In this document: one piece after another, positions 12,411 through 26,017 of the stretch
Layout of the letters: the number at the start of each line of letters is the position of its first letter
Numbering within the stretch: the first letter of the stretch is position 1
Assembly (NCBI RefSeq): GCF_018350175.1
Contig: NC_058383.1
Span: forward strand, 25,856,001-25,920,000
Length of the DNA stretch: 64,000 bases
Source: Felis catus
Lineage: Eukaryota
Direction of reading: 5' to 3'
Made by a program: the position numbers and the translations under genes
The notes under the pieces: generated by a model
Databases searched by the model: none
What the model was told of the DNA's origin: nothing
Seen by the model: the letters and a program-made list of their open reading frames with translations, nothing else

Positions 12411-14798
12411 CTGAATGTCCCCCCCCCCCCCCCCCCAAGGAACTTTACCAGGAATACTCACTGGAGATTGAAATCTCTTTTGGTTGAAGAAACAGAAGTT
12501 TTATTAGATGTCTGAATCCCAAACAGGAAGTAGAATTAATGATAAACAGGGAAGAGCAAACTCATTTTCTTTTCCCATCTTGGAGGAGCTACTGGCAAAG
12601 AGGGGTCTGAATTGTCACCAAGCAGATGTGACTGAGGTTCCTATTAGGAAATGTGTTTCTAAACCAGTTTTGCCTTTTCTGACTTCCTGCTTTCCATCCT
12701 CAGTGCTGAGCTTGGATTTAGTCTTGATGCTCTTAACTAAATTCTGAAAAAGGCATTTTTAGAGAGACTGTTAGTCTTCGTGAACCAATGACAAATTCCC
12801 AGGGATCTGTTTATTATATTCTTTGCTACCATGAGGAACAGAATCCTAGGTGACTTATGTGGCAGAGGTGTCAGGATGTGTGGAGGATGACACAGGAAGT
12901 TGCCTCCTCATGATCACATTTCCATGCCTAGACTCTATAGGCAGCCCCACAGAGCTCCATGTACAATGACCTGAACGATACGACCACCTTCTTCTTTACA
13001 TTCACCTAGCATTTTGCATCCCAACATACAGTTTATGAGTGGGACATTTTCACATCATTTGATACCTATAGTCATCCCAGCTCAGCAGCCCAACTAAACA
13101 GCCAGGATATTTAGTCTGTCACTTGGCAGGAAGTCCTTATGTAGAGAATTGATGCATCAGCTCAACAAAGAAACTCTTCTCTCTGCTCCATTCATCCTGT
13201 TGGCTTCATCAAGCTGGTGGAAGAAGGGCTGGACCAATTTTAAGTTGGATATCAAGACAGTAGAACATTCCAGAGGAAGAAGAAAAACCTTATGACTCAA
13301 GGAAACTTCCAGAAGACCTTTCATCATAACGCATTGCCCAGCAGTGGGTCATATGCCCATTTCTGAGCCAGCCCCTGGCATGTGGACGAAGATGCACTCC
13401 AGGCAGGTCAGAAAGGAAGAGTGAAGAGCAGATGCTGGTGAGACAAACGTGGGGTCGACTAATGTCCCACTGGGTGGGTAGAGGTGAGGCAGGCCTGCCC
13501 TGACTAATAAACACTGACTAGGTCGAGAGTCCTACAGTTCTATGCTAGTAATGTCTCAGGTGGGCACATCAGCCAGAAGGTGAATTGGGCCTTTGATGGA
13601 TTCAACTTTGAGGTACATAATCGAAGAGGCCATCTAATTGCCTAGAAGGTAAGGTTCTGCAATTGAGTTAGCTCCTTCAGAGAATCTTGTCCTTTCACAG
13701 GGGAATAAATCTCTCCTGGCCTTGATCAACACTACAGGAATTTACTCCCTATACTGTCTGCTTTACTTGTTTTTACCTTGCTGAGAGATCACACTACAGT
13801 TAGGGCCTGCCTTGGCTTATCAGGGAAGATTGTGCTCAGCCATCTCTTGGGTGATTCTGGAGACTGGCTGATTGATTGATTGATTGTCCACTGTCTTGTC
13901 CTCATAGTGATAGTTCTCATTAGGATGTGATGGTCAGACCTTTCTCCTCCTGCCATTTAGTATTAATAATCTGTGTGTAATAGGATTTGACTTTCAAACT
14001 CAGTGTATCCCCATTGGCTGAAGAGATCTGCTGGCTGAGGGGAAGGTTTAGTATAGTCTGTTCCTAAAACGGGGTCTAGCCAGAGAAGGTTGAACAGCCA
14101 AGATAGCAAGATGGGCAGTGTCCTCAGAATGGACTTAATCTTACCTCTGCTGCTCTTACCAGTGCAGATCATTGTCAAGTTAGCAGGTCTCTGTCCTGCA
14201 GCAGTCTGCAGTCCCAGGAGGATTTACTGAGTGTCCTGGGTTAACTGGGCTTCTCTCCTTTGTAAATTAAGCAACATCGGCTTGTGCCACTCTGCCCCTT
14301 TTCCCTATGTCCAGTACCCTCAGTCTGTCTGCAAGGGTTTTTGTGTTTTTTTTTTGTTTTTGTGTTTGGTTTGGTGTGATTTCCCTTGTTCATGATGTCT
14401 CCACTGAAACAAGACGGTTTGGGGATTTTTATTCAGAACCAGGGCAGGAGAGATCGGACATATATAGCACAGCCAAGGTCTTGGTTGAATATTTAATAGC
14501 CCTGTTCTCAAACTTGTTGGCTGTTTGTCCCTCAGGGATTTCTCAACTGACCAACTTTCCATGACAGGGTCCTTCCCTCCATACAGTTGCCCTTCCTTAT
14601 CCAGCTGTCTCTGAAACCTCATGATTCTTAACCACTGTATTCCTTGGAGTGATTCCTGCTGTTTCTGCCTTAGCCCACTGAATTCTGCCCTGAGACTTCC
14701 TTTCCATAACTAGAGTGACCCATCAAAAGTATTTGCTAGATAGACAGCATTCTCTAAAAGAAAATGTGTATTCAACTTTACAAACATAGAATTAGGTT

Positions 14799-15310
14799 TG
14801 TGGTTGGCAGAATAATGAGCCTCCATTCTCTCCCTGGACAAGATGACTCCCTCCATTGTCCCCCTGGGACAAGATGACCTTGTCCCAGTCACCAGAACCT
14901 GTGACTATGTTAGGACACGAAAGGGAGTTTGGGTAACAGATGGAATTAAGGTTGCTAATCAACTAACCTTAAAATAAGATTATCCTGGATTATCTGAGTG
15001 AGCCCAGTCTAATCACAGGAGTCCTTAACTGTAGAAGAGGGAGGCAGAAATGTCAAAGAAACTTGTAAGAAAAACTCTAAGGTGGAGGCAAGGGCCATGA
15101 GCCGAAGAATGCAGGTGGCCTCTAAAAGCTGGAAAAAGCAAGAAAACAGATTGTCCGCCAGAGCCTCCAGAAGGAACAAAGCCCTGCTTTGAGGGTAAGC
15201 CCCCTGAGACCTGTTGGACTTAAGGTCAATAGATAAGGTGATAAAATTGTGTTGTTGGAAGCCGCTAAGTTTGTGATAATTTGTTAAGGCAGCAATAGAA
15301 AAGTAATCTA
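14799..15310 (+). mobile_element. MLT1-type MaLR solo LTR
   Basis: tgtggttggcagaataatg start; gattatcctggattatctg core; end ...gtttgtgataatttgtt...gcagcaatagaaaa. Confidence 0.75.
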
Positions 15311-15755
15311 GGTCTCATACAGAACTTTTCCTCATTTTTAAAATCGTATTTCCTAGAATATTTAGAATTTTATTGTTTCATTATCCTTTGTGATAACAGT
15401 AGACTTCATCCCCTGTAGGCTATGGTTTTCAGAGTCTGGCTAATTGATTCAGTAATGGGCTGAGGAAAACCACAAAAGGTCACAGAAGATCTAAGCTTTG
15501 GTCTGGGACAGGTGTGACAGATGGTTCAGAAGCTCCTTTGGTGTAATGCGTATTCAACCTAATATGAAAGTCCAAATTCATATCAATATAAGAACATTAC
15601 TCAGGCTTGGGAACAAATGCTGTCTGATGTGTAACCTCAGAGTAGAAGGAAATGACTTAAAGCGGGTAATTTGTGAATTTGCCAGTTGTGTTTCATTTAA
15701 ATAGTATCTAGTAAAAGTGGCATATGAAATAATTTTAATGGAAATAATTTTGTGA

Positions 15756-15761
15756 AATAAA
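15756..15761 (+). terminator. Candidate distal KNOP1 poly(A) signal AATAAA
   Basis: AATAAA followed by a strong T/GT-rich tract at about 15794-15822. Confidence 0.3.
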
Positions 15762-16584
15762 GATCAGTTGATAATATTTGAGCAGTACCACCATGTTTTT
15801 TTAATTTCTTTATGTTTTGTTTAGTAAAGGGGAGCAAAAGGGTATCTGCTGTTCTTTGTTGGAGGCTGTTTTCTCAGGCTGGGGACAGGGGTGAGGAGGA
15901 AGTTCACTATTAAATAGGCCAGAAAATCCATAGCACATTCTTGGTCCTAAGTGTTCAGTACAAATATGAGTTTATATATTTTTTAATGTTTATTTATTTT
16001 GAGAGAGGGAGCAAGCACGGGAGGGGCAGAGAGAAAGGGAGAGAGAGAATCCCAAGCAAGCTCTGCACTGTCAGTGCAGAGTCCAGCTTGGGGCTGGATC
16101 TCCTGAGCCGAAATCAAGAAAGAGTCGGAAGCTCAGCCGACTAATAATTTTTAATTGTTTAAAATTATTGTAACCACTAATACTGAGATTTTGTGAACCT
16201 GTAATCCTGCATTTCACAGGGTAGAGATGAGATGTGATTTATGTCCAGTGAATATCTTCCAGAAGTACAAAAGTTTGGGGCACTTTAATCCACAATTTGG
16301 ATAAAATGGATGCATTTTCCTGAGCACAGGCTGTGAATCACCACCAATCAATATTAATGCTTTTAGTGATTCGGAATAAAATGTCAGTGGAAGCTCATCA
16401 GTAGTAGTACAGACTCAGATTCCTGATTCCAAAAATCTGGTGGTAAAAAAGTAGAATCACATGCGGTTTAGAATTATGGCTGCAAAGCAAACGGGGTAAT
16501 ATGTTTAGACAAGTTTTCTTCTGGATGAAGAGAGTCAGAAGTAATTAAATAAACAATCATGAACATAAATGTTCCTTTGGGAGG

Positions 16585-16590
16585 TTTATT
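16585..16590 (-). terminator. Candidate ancestral VPS35L poly(A) signal (AATAAA on -)
   Basis: tttatt on +. On - it is followed by a CA and a U/GU-rich element (tttatgttcatgattgtttattt). Confidence 0.4.
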
Positions 16591-19050
16591 CAGTTAAAAT
16601 ATAGTTTCTGCTGAAGCCACAGAGGGAATTGCAGATTTGACCTCACTTTCTCCTTTAACCCACCAATGTGTTTTTTTAAATTTATTTTTAATTGAAGTAT
16701 AGTTGACATGCAATATATTAGTTTCATGTGTGCAATGTAGTCATTTGACGTTTATATGCATTAAAAAATGCTCCCCACGAAAAGTGTAATTACTGTCTGT
16801 CACCATGCAAAGTTATTGCGGTAGTATTGACTATATATATTCCCTGTGCTGTACTTACATCCCTGTGATTGATTTATTTTATAGCTGGAAGTTTGTACCT
16901 CTTAATCCCCTTTGCCCGTTTCACTCTTCTTCCCACTCCCCTCCCGTCTGGCAACCACCAGGTTTTTCTTTGTATCTATGAGTCTGTTTCTGTTCTTTGT
17001 TCATTTGTTTTGTTTTTTAGATTCCACATATAAGTGAAATTACATGATATTTGTCTTTTTCCAACTTATTTCATTTGGCATAATACCATATATGTCTATC
17101 TGTGTTGTTGCAAATGTCAGGATTTCATTTTTTTTTTATGGCTCAGTAACATTGCTCTGTGGGTGTGTGTGTGTTTATGCACCAAATCATCTTTATCAGT
17201 GGACACGTAGAGTGCATCCATATCTTCTGTTGTAAATAGTGGTGGGGTAAACATAGGGGTGCATGTGTCTTTTTGAATCTGTGTTTTTGGTTTTTAGGGG
17301 GTAAACTCCCAGAAGTGGATCTTGTGGTATTTCTGTTTTTAACTTTTTGAGAAACCTCCACACTGTTTTCCACAGTGGCTGCACCAATTTATATTCCCAC
17401 CAACAGTGCATGGAGGTTCCCTTTTCTCCACGTCCTTACCAACACTTGTTACTTCTTGTCTTTTTGATTTTAGTCAGTCTGACAAGATGTGAAGAGACGT
17501 CTCATTGTGATTTTGATTTTCATTTCCCCAGTGATTTGTGATGTTGAATGTCTTTTCATGTATCTGTTGGCCATCTGTAGGTCTTTTTTTATTTAAAAAA
17601 ATTTTTTTTAACATTATTTATGAGAGGCAGAGAGAAACAGAGCACAAGTGGGGGAGGGGCAGAGAGAGGAGGAGACACAGAATCTGAAGCAGGCTCCAGA
17701 CTCTGAGCTGTCAGCACAGATCCCAACGTGGGCTAGAACTCACAAACCATGAGATCATGACCTGAGCCACCCAGGTGCCCCAATCCATCTGTATGTCTTT
17801 TTTGGGAAACCGTTCTTTTCAGGTTCTCTGCATTAAAAATCCCACTTTTAATTGGATTATTTGAGGGTTTTTTGTGTTAACAAGTTGTATGAGTTTTTTG
17901 ATATATTTTGGATATTACCCCCTTATTAAATATATTATTTACAAATATCTTCTCCCATTCAGTAGGTTACCTTTTTGTTTTGTTGATAATTTCCTTTGCT
18001 TATTTATTTATTTATTTTTTGAGGGAGGGTGAGAGCATGAGCAGAGTAGGGGCAGAAAGAGGGAGACAGAGGATCCAAAGCATGCTCCATGCTGTGAGCG
18101 CAAAGCCTGATGTGGGGCTTGAACTCATGACCATGAGATCATAACCTAAGCCAAAATCAAGAGTCAGCCACTTAACCGACAGAGCCAGCCAGGTGCTCCA
18201 TTAATTTCCTTTGCTTTTTAGTTTGTTTTAGTCCTAGTTACTTATTTTTGCTTATGTTGCCCTTGCCTGAGGAGATAGTTCCAGAACAATATTGCTAAGA
18301 CCATTGTCCAACAAACAGTTTGCTGCTGTTTTCCTTCAGGAGTTCTATGGTTTCAGGTCTTACATTTAAGTCTGATCCATTTTAAGTTTATTTTTTTATG
18401 TGGTGTAAGAAAATGGTACAGATTCTTCTGATGTAGCTGTCTAATTTTCTCAACACCATTCAAGTTTTTTAAGTAATCTCTACATCCAGTGTGGGGCTCA
18501 GACTCACGACCCTGAGATCAAGAGTTACTTGCTCCTTCAACTGAGTCAGCCAGGCAACCCCAACACATATTATATACATATTAAAGAGACTGTCTTCCCC
18601 CATTGTTAGATCCTTGGATCCTTTGTCCTAGAATAATTGACCATAGAGGTGTGGGTTTATTTCTGGGCTCTCTGTTCTGTTGATAAAGTTTTTGTGACAG
18701 TACTGTTCTGTTTTGATTACCATTGCTTTGTAGTATAGTTTGAAATCCAGGATTGTGCTACTTCCAGCTTTGTTTTTCTACCCAAGTTTGCTAGGGCTAT
18801 TTGGGGTCTTTTGTGGGTCCACACAAATTTTAGGGTAATTTCTTCTAGTTCTGTGGAAAAGCTGTTGGTATTTTGATAGGATTGCATTGAACCTGTAGAT
18901 TGCTTGGGGCAGTATGGACAGTTTAATAGTATTCTTCCAAACTATGAGTGTGGTATATCTTTCCATTTATTTACATCATTTTCAGTTTCTTTTATCAGTG
19001 TCTTATAAATCAGTAGAGTTTTCACCTTCTTGGTTAAATGTATTCCTGGG

Positions 19051-22000
19051 TTATTTATTTTTTTGTTTATAAGTTCCAATATAGTGTTATGCTGGATAAC
19101 ATAGTGTTATATTAGTTCAGGTGTACGCTGTACTGATTCAGTAATTCTCTACTCAGTGCTCACCTGTACTCTTAATCCCCTTCACCTGTTTCTACCCATT
19201 CCCCTCCCTCCTCTCTGATAACTATCAGTTCTCTATAGTTAAGAAACAAATGAACAAAGAAAAAAAAAGACAAACTAAGAAACAGACTCTTAAGTTCCAC
19301 ATCTGAGTGAAAGCCTATGGTATTTGTTTTTCTCTGACTTTACTTCACTTGGCATTATACTCTCTAGATCCATCCGTGATGTTGTTGCAAATGGCAAAAT
19401 TTTCTTCCTTTTTATGGCTTAATAATATTCCAGCGTGTGTGTGTATGTGTGTGTCACATCTTTATCCCTTCATCTTTTGATGGACACTTGGGCTGCTTAC
19501 ATTCAAAGCAATTATTGATAGGTATGTCCTTATTGCCATTTTGTTACTTGTTTTATGGTTGTTTTGTAGTTCTTCTCTGTTCCTTTCTTCTTTTGCTCTG
19601 TTTTCACTCTTTGCTGGCTTTCTTTAGTGATGTACTTGGATTCCTTTATTTTTGCAGGTCTGTTACTGGTTTTGATTTGTGGTTACCATTAGGTTTGTAT
19701 ATGACATCTTTTTTTTTTTTTAATTTTTAAGTTTATTTATTTTGAGAGAGACAGAGACAGTGCAAGTTGGGGAGGGGCAGAGTGAGAGAATCCCAAGCAG
19801 GCTCTGCACTGTCACACAGAGCCCAGGGTGGGGCTGGAACCTACGAACCATGAGATCTTCACCTGAGCTGAAACCAAGAGTCAGCTGCTTAACCAGCTGA
19901 GCCACCCAGGTGCCCCCTTGTATATAACATCTTATGTTTACATCAGTCTATATTAAGTTGATGATCACTTAAGTTTGAATCCATTCTTTACTCTTCTCTC
20001 CTCCCACATTTAAAGTATATGGTGTCATATTTTACATCCTTTTATTTTGTGAATCGCTTGACTGATTTTTATAGATACACTTAATTTTACTACTTTTATC
20101 CTTGCTGCTTTTCTTATTCCTATTTTCTTTCTACTCAGAGAGTCCCCTTTAACATTTCTTGTATGACTGGTTTAGTGATCATGAATTCCTTTGTTTGGGA
20201 AACTCTTTCTCTCTCCTTCTATTCTAAATACTAGCCTTGTTGGAAGGAGTATTTTGGGCTGCAGGTTTTTTCTTTTCAGCACTTTGAACAATATCATGCC
20301 ACTCCCTCTGGCCTGCAGAATTTCTGCTGAAAAATCACCTCAAGGGGTTTCCCTTGTATGTAACTGTTTGCTTGTCTGTTTTGTCTTGTAGCTTTTAAAA
20401 TGCTGTCTTTATTACTACTTTTGGCATTTTAATTAATATGTGTCTTGGTGTGGACCTCCTTAGATTGATTTTGTTGGGGGCTCTGTGTGCCTCCTGGATC
20501 TGGATATTTGTTTCTGTCCCCAGATTTGGGAGGTTTATTTCTTCAGATAAATTTTCTGCACCTTTTTCTGTTTCCTCTCTCTGTTCAGCTTGATTGTTTT
20601 CTGTTATTCTGTCATACAGGTCATTGATCCATTCTTCTTCCTCTAGTCCACTGTTTATTCCATCTACTATATTATGAATTTCACTTACTGCGTTCTTTAT
20701 CTCTGATTGGTTCTTTTTATGTTTTCTTTCTCTTTGTTAAGGGTCTCACTAAGGTCCTCCACTCTTTTCTCCAATCCTGTGAGTATCTTTATGACCATTA
20801 CTTTAAATTCTTCATCAGGAATATATACTATTTTGTTCCATTTCGTTTAGCTCTCTTGTTATGATTTTGTCCTGTTCATTTGTGGTATATTCCTGTATCT
20901 CATTTTGTCTCTCTGTGCCTGTTTCTGGGTATTAGGAGAGTCAGCTACCTCTCCTGCTCTTAAAAGTTATGGTCTTGTGAAAAAGAGGTCCTGTGGTCCC
21001 TGCAGTGCAGTTTCCCCTGTTTACCAGAACTGTGTGCTTTAGGGGATGTCTGCTGTGTATGTTGTGAGTGCCCTTTTATAGTGGCTTCAGTCCGGTCATC
21101 TGCAATGATGCCTGTTGTGGGCAGGGTTTGGTCCCTGAGTTGTCAGTGGGCCAGTCTGGGGCCGCATCTGGCTTGAGTTGAGTCAGACCAGGTGTTTGCC
21201 AGAGATGCAGTAGCACCAAACTACTGGGCAGTTTCCTTGTGTTGTCCCAAGAAGCTTCTGTTGGTGGTTAGGGCCTGCAGTCCAACCAAATAACTGTTCC
21301 CAGCCCATTGCTGGGACCATAGTCAGAGTGGTGTGTGTGGTTATCTTCTCCTTTCCCTGGGGCAGGAGTAATGCTGTTCCCTGTCTGGGCTGCATGCACA
21401 TTGTCAGGCTTGTAATGCTCACTGCTTTGGATGGGCTCTGGCCAAGGGTGCCCTGGAGGGAGCAGGTCCACAGGAGAATGTGGGGGTGCACTTGGGAGGG
21501 GACCTGTGGCCACCCCAAATCCCTGCTGAGGCCTCTGGGTTGGAGGGGGCAGATCCACAGAAGTGTGGGGATGGGGTGCATGTTGTTATCAAGCCAGCTG
21601 GAGAGTGTTGTACTCTCCTGGTTCCTGCAGCTGTCCCTGTATCTAGGCTGGGGGATGGAGGAGGGAAATAGCATTCACCAGTTCCTTTGTTCTTGAAGGA
21701 CTCTCCCAAGAATCCCTGCCCTGCGCCTTCAGAACATGCTCTGAGGTTAGTAAACGAGTCTCCCTCCCGTACACCCAGGTGTTTTTCAGACTGCTGCTTC
21801 TATGTTCTGTCTCCACAGGGCTGTTTGTTGTGCTATTTAGTGGCAAGGAGTCCGTTGACTGTTGTCCTCTCCCAGAGCTGAGCCCTCTGATATTTAAAGT
21901 TCAGACTGATTCTAAGAACTAGTGAAATTACGCTATTTTGATTTTCAAAGCTAAATGTTATGGGATTCATCTTCCCTATACGGGCTCCTGTGCCTGGGGT

Positions 22001-22170
22001 GCCTGGTGTGAGGGTCTGTTTCTTGTCCCTCTCCATATCTGGGGCATCCCTCCCTCGCATGAATGGTCTTGTGGCCCATTTAGCTTCCAACCAGGTCTCT
22101 ACCTTTCCTGTCCTCTTCCGTGTGGACTCTAATCTACATTTAGCTGTGGAGAGTCTCTTCTGCCCTGTTC
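19051..22170 (-). mobile_element. Nested L1 lacking nearly all of ORF2
   Basis: Second L1 3' end at 19.05-19.5 kb and second GC-rich 5'UTR at 21-22.17 kb. The host ORF2 breaks at about 19050 and resumes at about 22171. Confidence 0.75.
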
Positions 22171-24137
22171 TATTTTTAAAGCATTTATAAACTGTTTTTA
22201 ATTTATTTTCTTGCTAGGTCATTATTAGTTTATAGAAAGGCAGCAGATTTCTGTATATTGATTTTGTATCCTTCAGCTTTTACTGAATTCATTTATTAGA
22301 ATGGTATTTTTGGTCTTTAGAATTTTCTATATAGAATAGTATGTCGTCTACAAATAGTGACGGTTCTACTTCTTGCTTACCAATTTGGATGTCTTTTATT
22401 TACTATATGATCATTATGGCTCAGATTTCTGTACTGTGTTGAGTAAACACGGTGAGAGCAGATGTCCTTGTCCTGTTCCTGATCTTAGAGGAAAAGCCTT
22501 CAGCTTTTCATTATTGGGTATGAGGTTAGCTGTGGGTTTGGGCTTTTATTATGTTGAAGCATATATACCCACTTTGTTGAGAGTTGTTACCATGAACAGG
22601 TGTTGAGTTTTGTCATATGTTTTTTCCTGTATTTATTGAGACCATGATTTTGAATCCTTCATTTTGTTAATGTGTATCATCACATTGATTTGCAGATACT
22701 GAACTATCCTTGTATCCCTGGAATAAATCCTTTTTGATCTTGGTGAGTAATCCTTTTAGTGTTTTGTTCAATTTGGTTTGCTAATATTTTGTTGAGGATT
22801 TTTGCATTGGTGTTAATTAGGGATAATTTTGGCCTATAATTATCTTTTTTTTTTTTTTTCCTGTAGTGTCTTCATCTGGTTTTGGTATCAGTAATGCTGG
22901 CCTCATAAAAAGAATTTGGCAGTTCCTCTTTAATTTTTTACAGTAATTGAAAAGGATAGGTATTAACTCTTTATATGTTTAGCTTCACCTGTGAGGCCAT
23001 TAGATCCTGGACTTTTGTTTGTTGGGAGGTTTGGTTTTTTTTTGTTTTTTTGAGAGAGTGAGAGAGCACAAGTGAGGGAGGGGCAGAGAGGGGGAGAGAG
23101 AGAATCCCAGACAGGCTCTGTGTTGTCAGTACGCTTAACCAGCTGAGCCACCCAGGAGCTTTTTGATTACTCACTCAATTTTATAACTAGTAATTATTTT
23201 GTTCAGATTGTCTATTCTTGATATAGTTTTAGAAGACTGTACATTCCTAATAATTTGTCCATTTCTTCTAGCTTGTCCAGTTGGCATATAATTTTTTGTA
23301 GTAGTCTCATATATAATAATCCTTTGTATTTCTCTGGTGTCAATTGTAACTTCTCTTTCATGTCTGATTTTATGTTTGAGTCCTCTTTTTCTCTTGATGG
23401 GACTATAAAGGTTTATCAATTTTTTCAAGAACCAGCACTTAATTTCATTGTTTGTTTGTTTTGTGGTCTGTATTTCATTTGTTTCCACTCTGATCTTCAT
23501 TATTTCATAACTTCTAGTTAACTTTGGGATTGTTTGTTCTTTTTCTGGTTCCTTTAGGTCTAAGATTAGATTGTGTTAGATTTTTCTTGTTTCTTGAGGT
23601 AGACCCTCGATCACTATAAATTTCCCTGTTAGAACTCCTTTTTCTGTGTCTCAAAGATTTTGGAACATTGTATTGTCATTTTTATTTGTCTCAAGGTATT
23701 TTTCAATTTCCTCTTTGGTGTCTTCATTGACCCATTTGTTGTTTAGTACCATGTTGTTTAGCGTCTGTGTATTTGTGGTTTTCTAATTGTTTCTTTTGAT
23801 TGTTACCTGTTGTGATCTGAAGGGAGTGTTGTGGCCTGAAGTGAGTCTCTTGGCATCATATGGAGGGATCTTTTTTTTTTTAAATCATTTTTTCAGTTAC
23901 CCTATGTCTTTTGATTGGAGCATTTAGTCCATTGACATTTTTTTATTTTTTAGGGAGAGAGAGAGAGAGAGAGCTAGAGAGAGTGAGAATCTTAGGCTCC
24001 ATGCTCAATGCAGAGCCTGACATAGGGCTCAATCCCACAACCCTGGAATCATGACTGAACTGAAATCAAGAGTCAGACACTCAGCCAACTGAGCCACCCA
24101 GGCACCCCTAGTCCACTTACATTTAAAGTAATTACAG

Positions 24138-24363
24138 GGGCGCCTGGGTGGCTCAGTCGGTTAAGCGTCTGACCTTCAGCTCAGGTCACGATCTCGCGGT
24201 CTGTGAGTTCGAGCCCCGCGTCGGGCTCTGGGCTGATGGCTCAGAGCCTGGAGCCTGCTTCCGATTCTGTGTCTCCCTCTCTCTCTCTCTGCCCCTCCCC
24301 CGTTCATGCTCTGTCTCTCTCTGTCTCAAAAATAAATAAATGTTAAAAAAATTAAAAAAAAAA
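24138..24363 (+). mobile_element. Can-SINE inserted directly upstream of an older Can-SINE (24379-24578)
   Basis: TSD taaagtaattacag at 24124-24137 and 24364-24377. Confidence 0.88.
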
Positions 24364-24598
24364 TAAAGTAATTACAGTGGGGTGCCTGGGTGGCTCAGTG
24401 GGTTGAGCTACTAGCAGACTTTGACTCAGGTCATGATCTCACGGTTCATGGGTTTGAGCCCCACATCAGGCTCTGCCAACAGCTCGGAGCTTGGAGCCTG
24501 CTTCAGATTTTGTGTCTTCCTCTCTCTTTCTGCCCCTCCCCAACTCACTCTCAAAAAGAAACATTAAAAAAAAAAAATTTAATTACTGGTAAGTACTT

Positions 24599-24881
24599 AC
24601 ATTTGCCCTTGAACAAGGTCCTGTTCTGACATGCAGTTGCTGACCCCCATGCATTTGAAAATCCACATACAACTGCCCCAAATTTAATAGCTGACTGTTG
24701 ACCAGAAGCCTTGCTAGGGAACATAAACAGTTGATTAACACGTATTTTGTATATGTATTACATACTGTATTTAAGTTCGGGAAAAGAAAATATTAAGATC
24801 ATAAGGAACAGAAAATATTTACAGTATTGTGTTTATTGAAAACCATGAACAGTTCAAACCCATGTTGTTTAAGGTCAGATG
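24599..24881. mobile_element. Tigger2a-like MITE
   Basis: Degenerate TIRs (cccttgaacaa ... ttgtttaaggtcagatg); reverse-complement similarity to 5912-6224. Confidence 0.7.
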
Positions 24882-26017
24882 TACTTACTGCCTTTTTAAT
24901 TGTTTTCTGGTTGTTCCTTTTCTGTTTTGCTCTCTTGTGTTTGATAATTTTTAGTATGCTTAGATTCCTTTGTATTCTTTGTGTGTCTGTTACAGATTTA
25001 TGGTATCATGAGGTTCTTACATAACAATGTATTATAGTACTCTGTTTTAAGTTGATGGTCACTTAAGTTTGAACACATTCTAAAACATTACATTTTTACT
25101 GCCCTCCCCTTCCACATTTGATATATTTGGTTTCATATTTTACATCTTTTTATTTTGTGTATCCCTTAACTAATAATTATAGATACAATAGATTTTACTA
25201 CTTTTGTCTTTTAACCCTATAAGTGATTGATTTACTATCTTTACTGTGTGTTTACTTTGACCAGGGAAATATTTTCTTTACTAATTTTCTTCTAGTTATG
25301 TCCTTTTATTTAAAAAAAAATTTTTTTTTAACGTTTGTTATTGAGAGGGAAACAGAGCATAAGCAGAGGGAGACATAGAATTCGAAGGAGGCTCCAGGCT
25401 CTGAGCTGTCAGCACAGAGCCTGACTTGGGGCTCGAACTCACAGACTGAGAGATCGTGACCTGAGCCGAAGTCAGTTGCCTAACTGACACAGAGCCACTC
25501 AGGCGCCCCTAGTTATGTCCTTTTAAACAAGTCCCTTTAACATAATCTTTTAAGGCTGATTTAGTGGTGATCAGCTCTAAGTTTTGTTTAGGAAACTCTT
25601 TATGTCTCTTTTATTCTGAATGATAGTCTTGATAGGTATTCTCAGCTGTAGGTTTTTTACTTTGAGTACTGTAAATAGATCATGCCATTCTTTTCTAGCC
25701 CACAGTTTCTGCTGAAAACTCAGTTGATAGCATTGTGAGGGTTTCCTTTGTATGTTATTAGTTGCTTTTCTCTTGCAGCTTTTAAGGTTTTTTTTGTTTT
25801 GTTTTTTTAATATTTCTTTATTTTTGAGATAGGGAGGGCAAGTGGGGGAGGGGCAGAGAGAGTAAATAATCCCAAGCAGTCTCCACACTGTCAGCATGGA
25901 GCCTGACATGGGGCTCGAATCCACAAACTGTGAGATCATGGCCTGAACTGAAATCAAGAGTTGGATGCCTGATCAACTCTATGCCCTGGTTTTCTTTAAT
26001 TTTTGACATTGTAATTA

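Noticed and set aside
21183..21709. Cluster of ORFs in a GC-rich stretch
   Set aside because: This is the 5'UTR of the nested L1.
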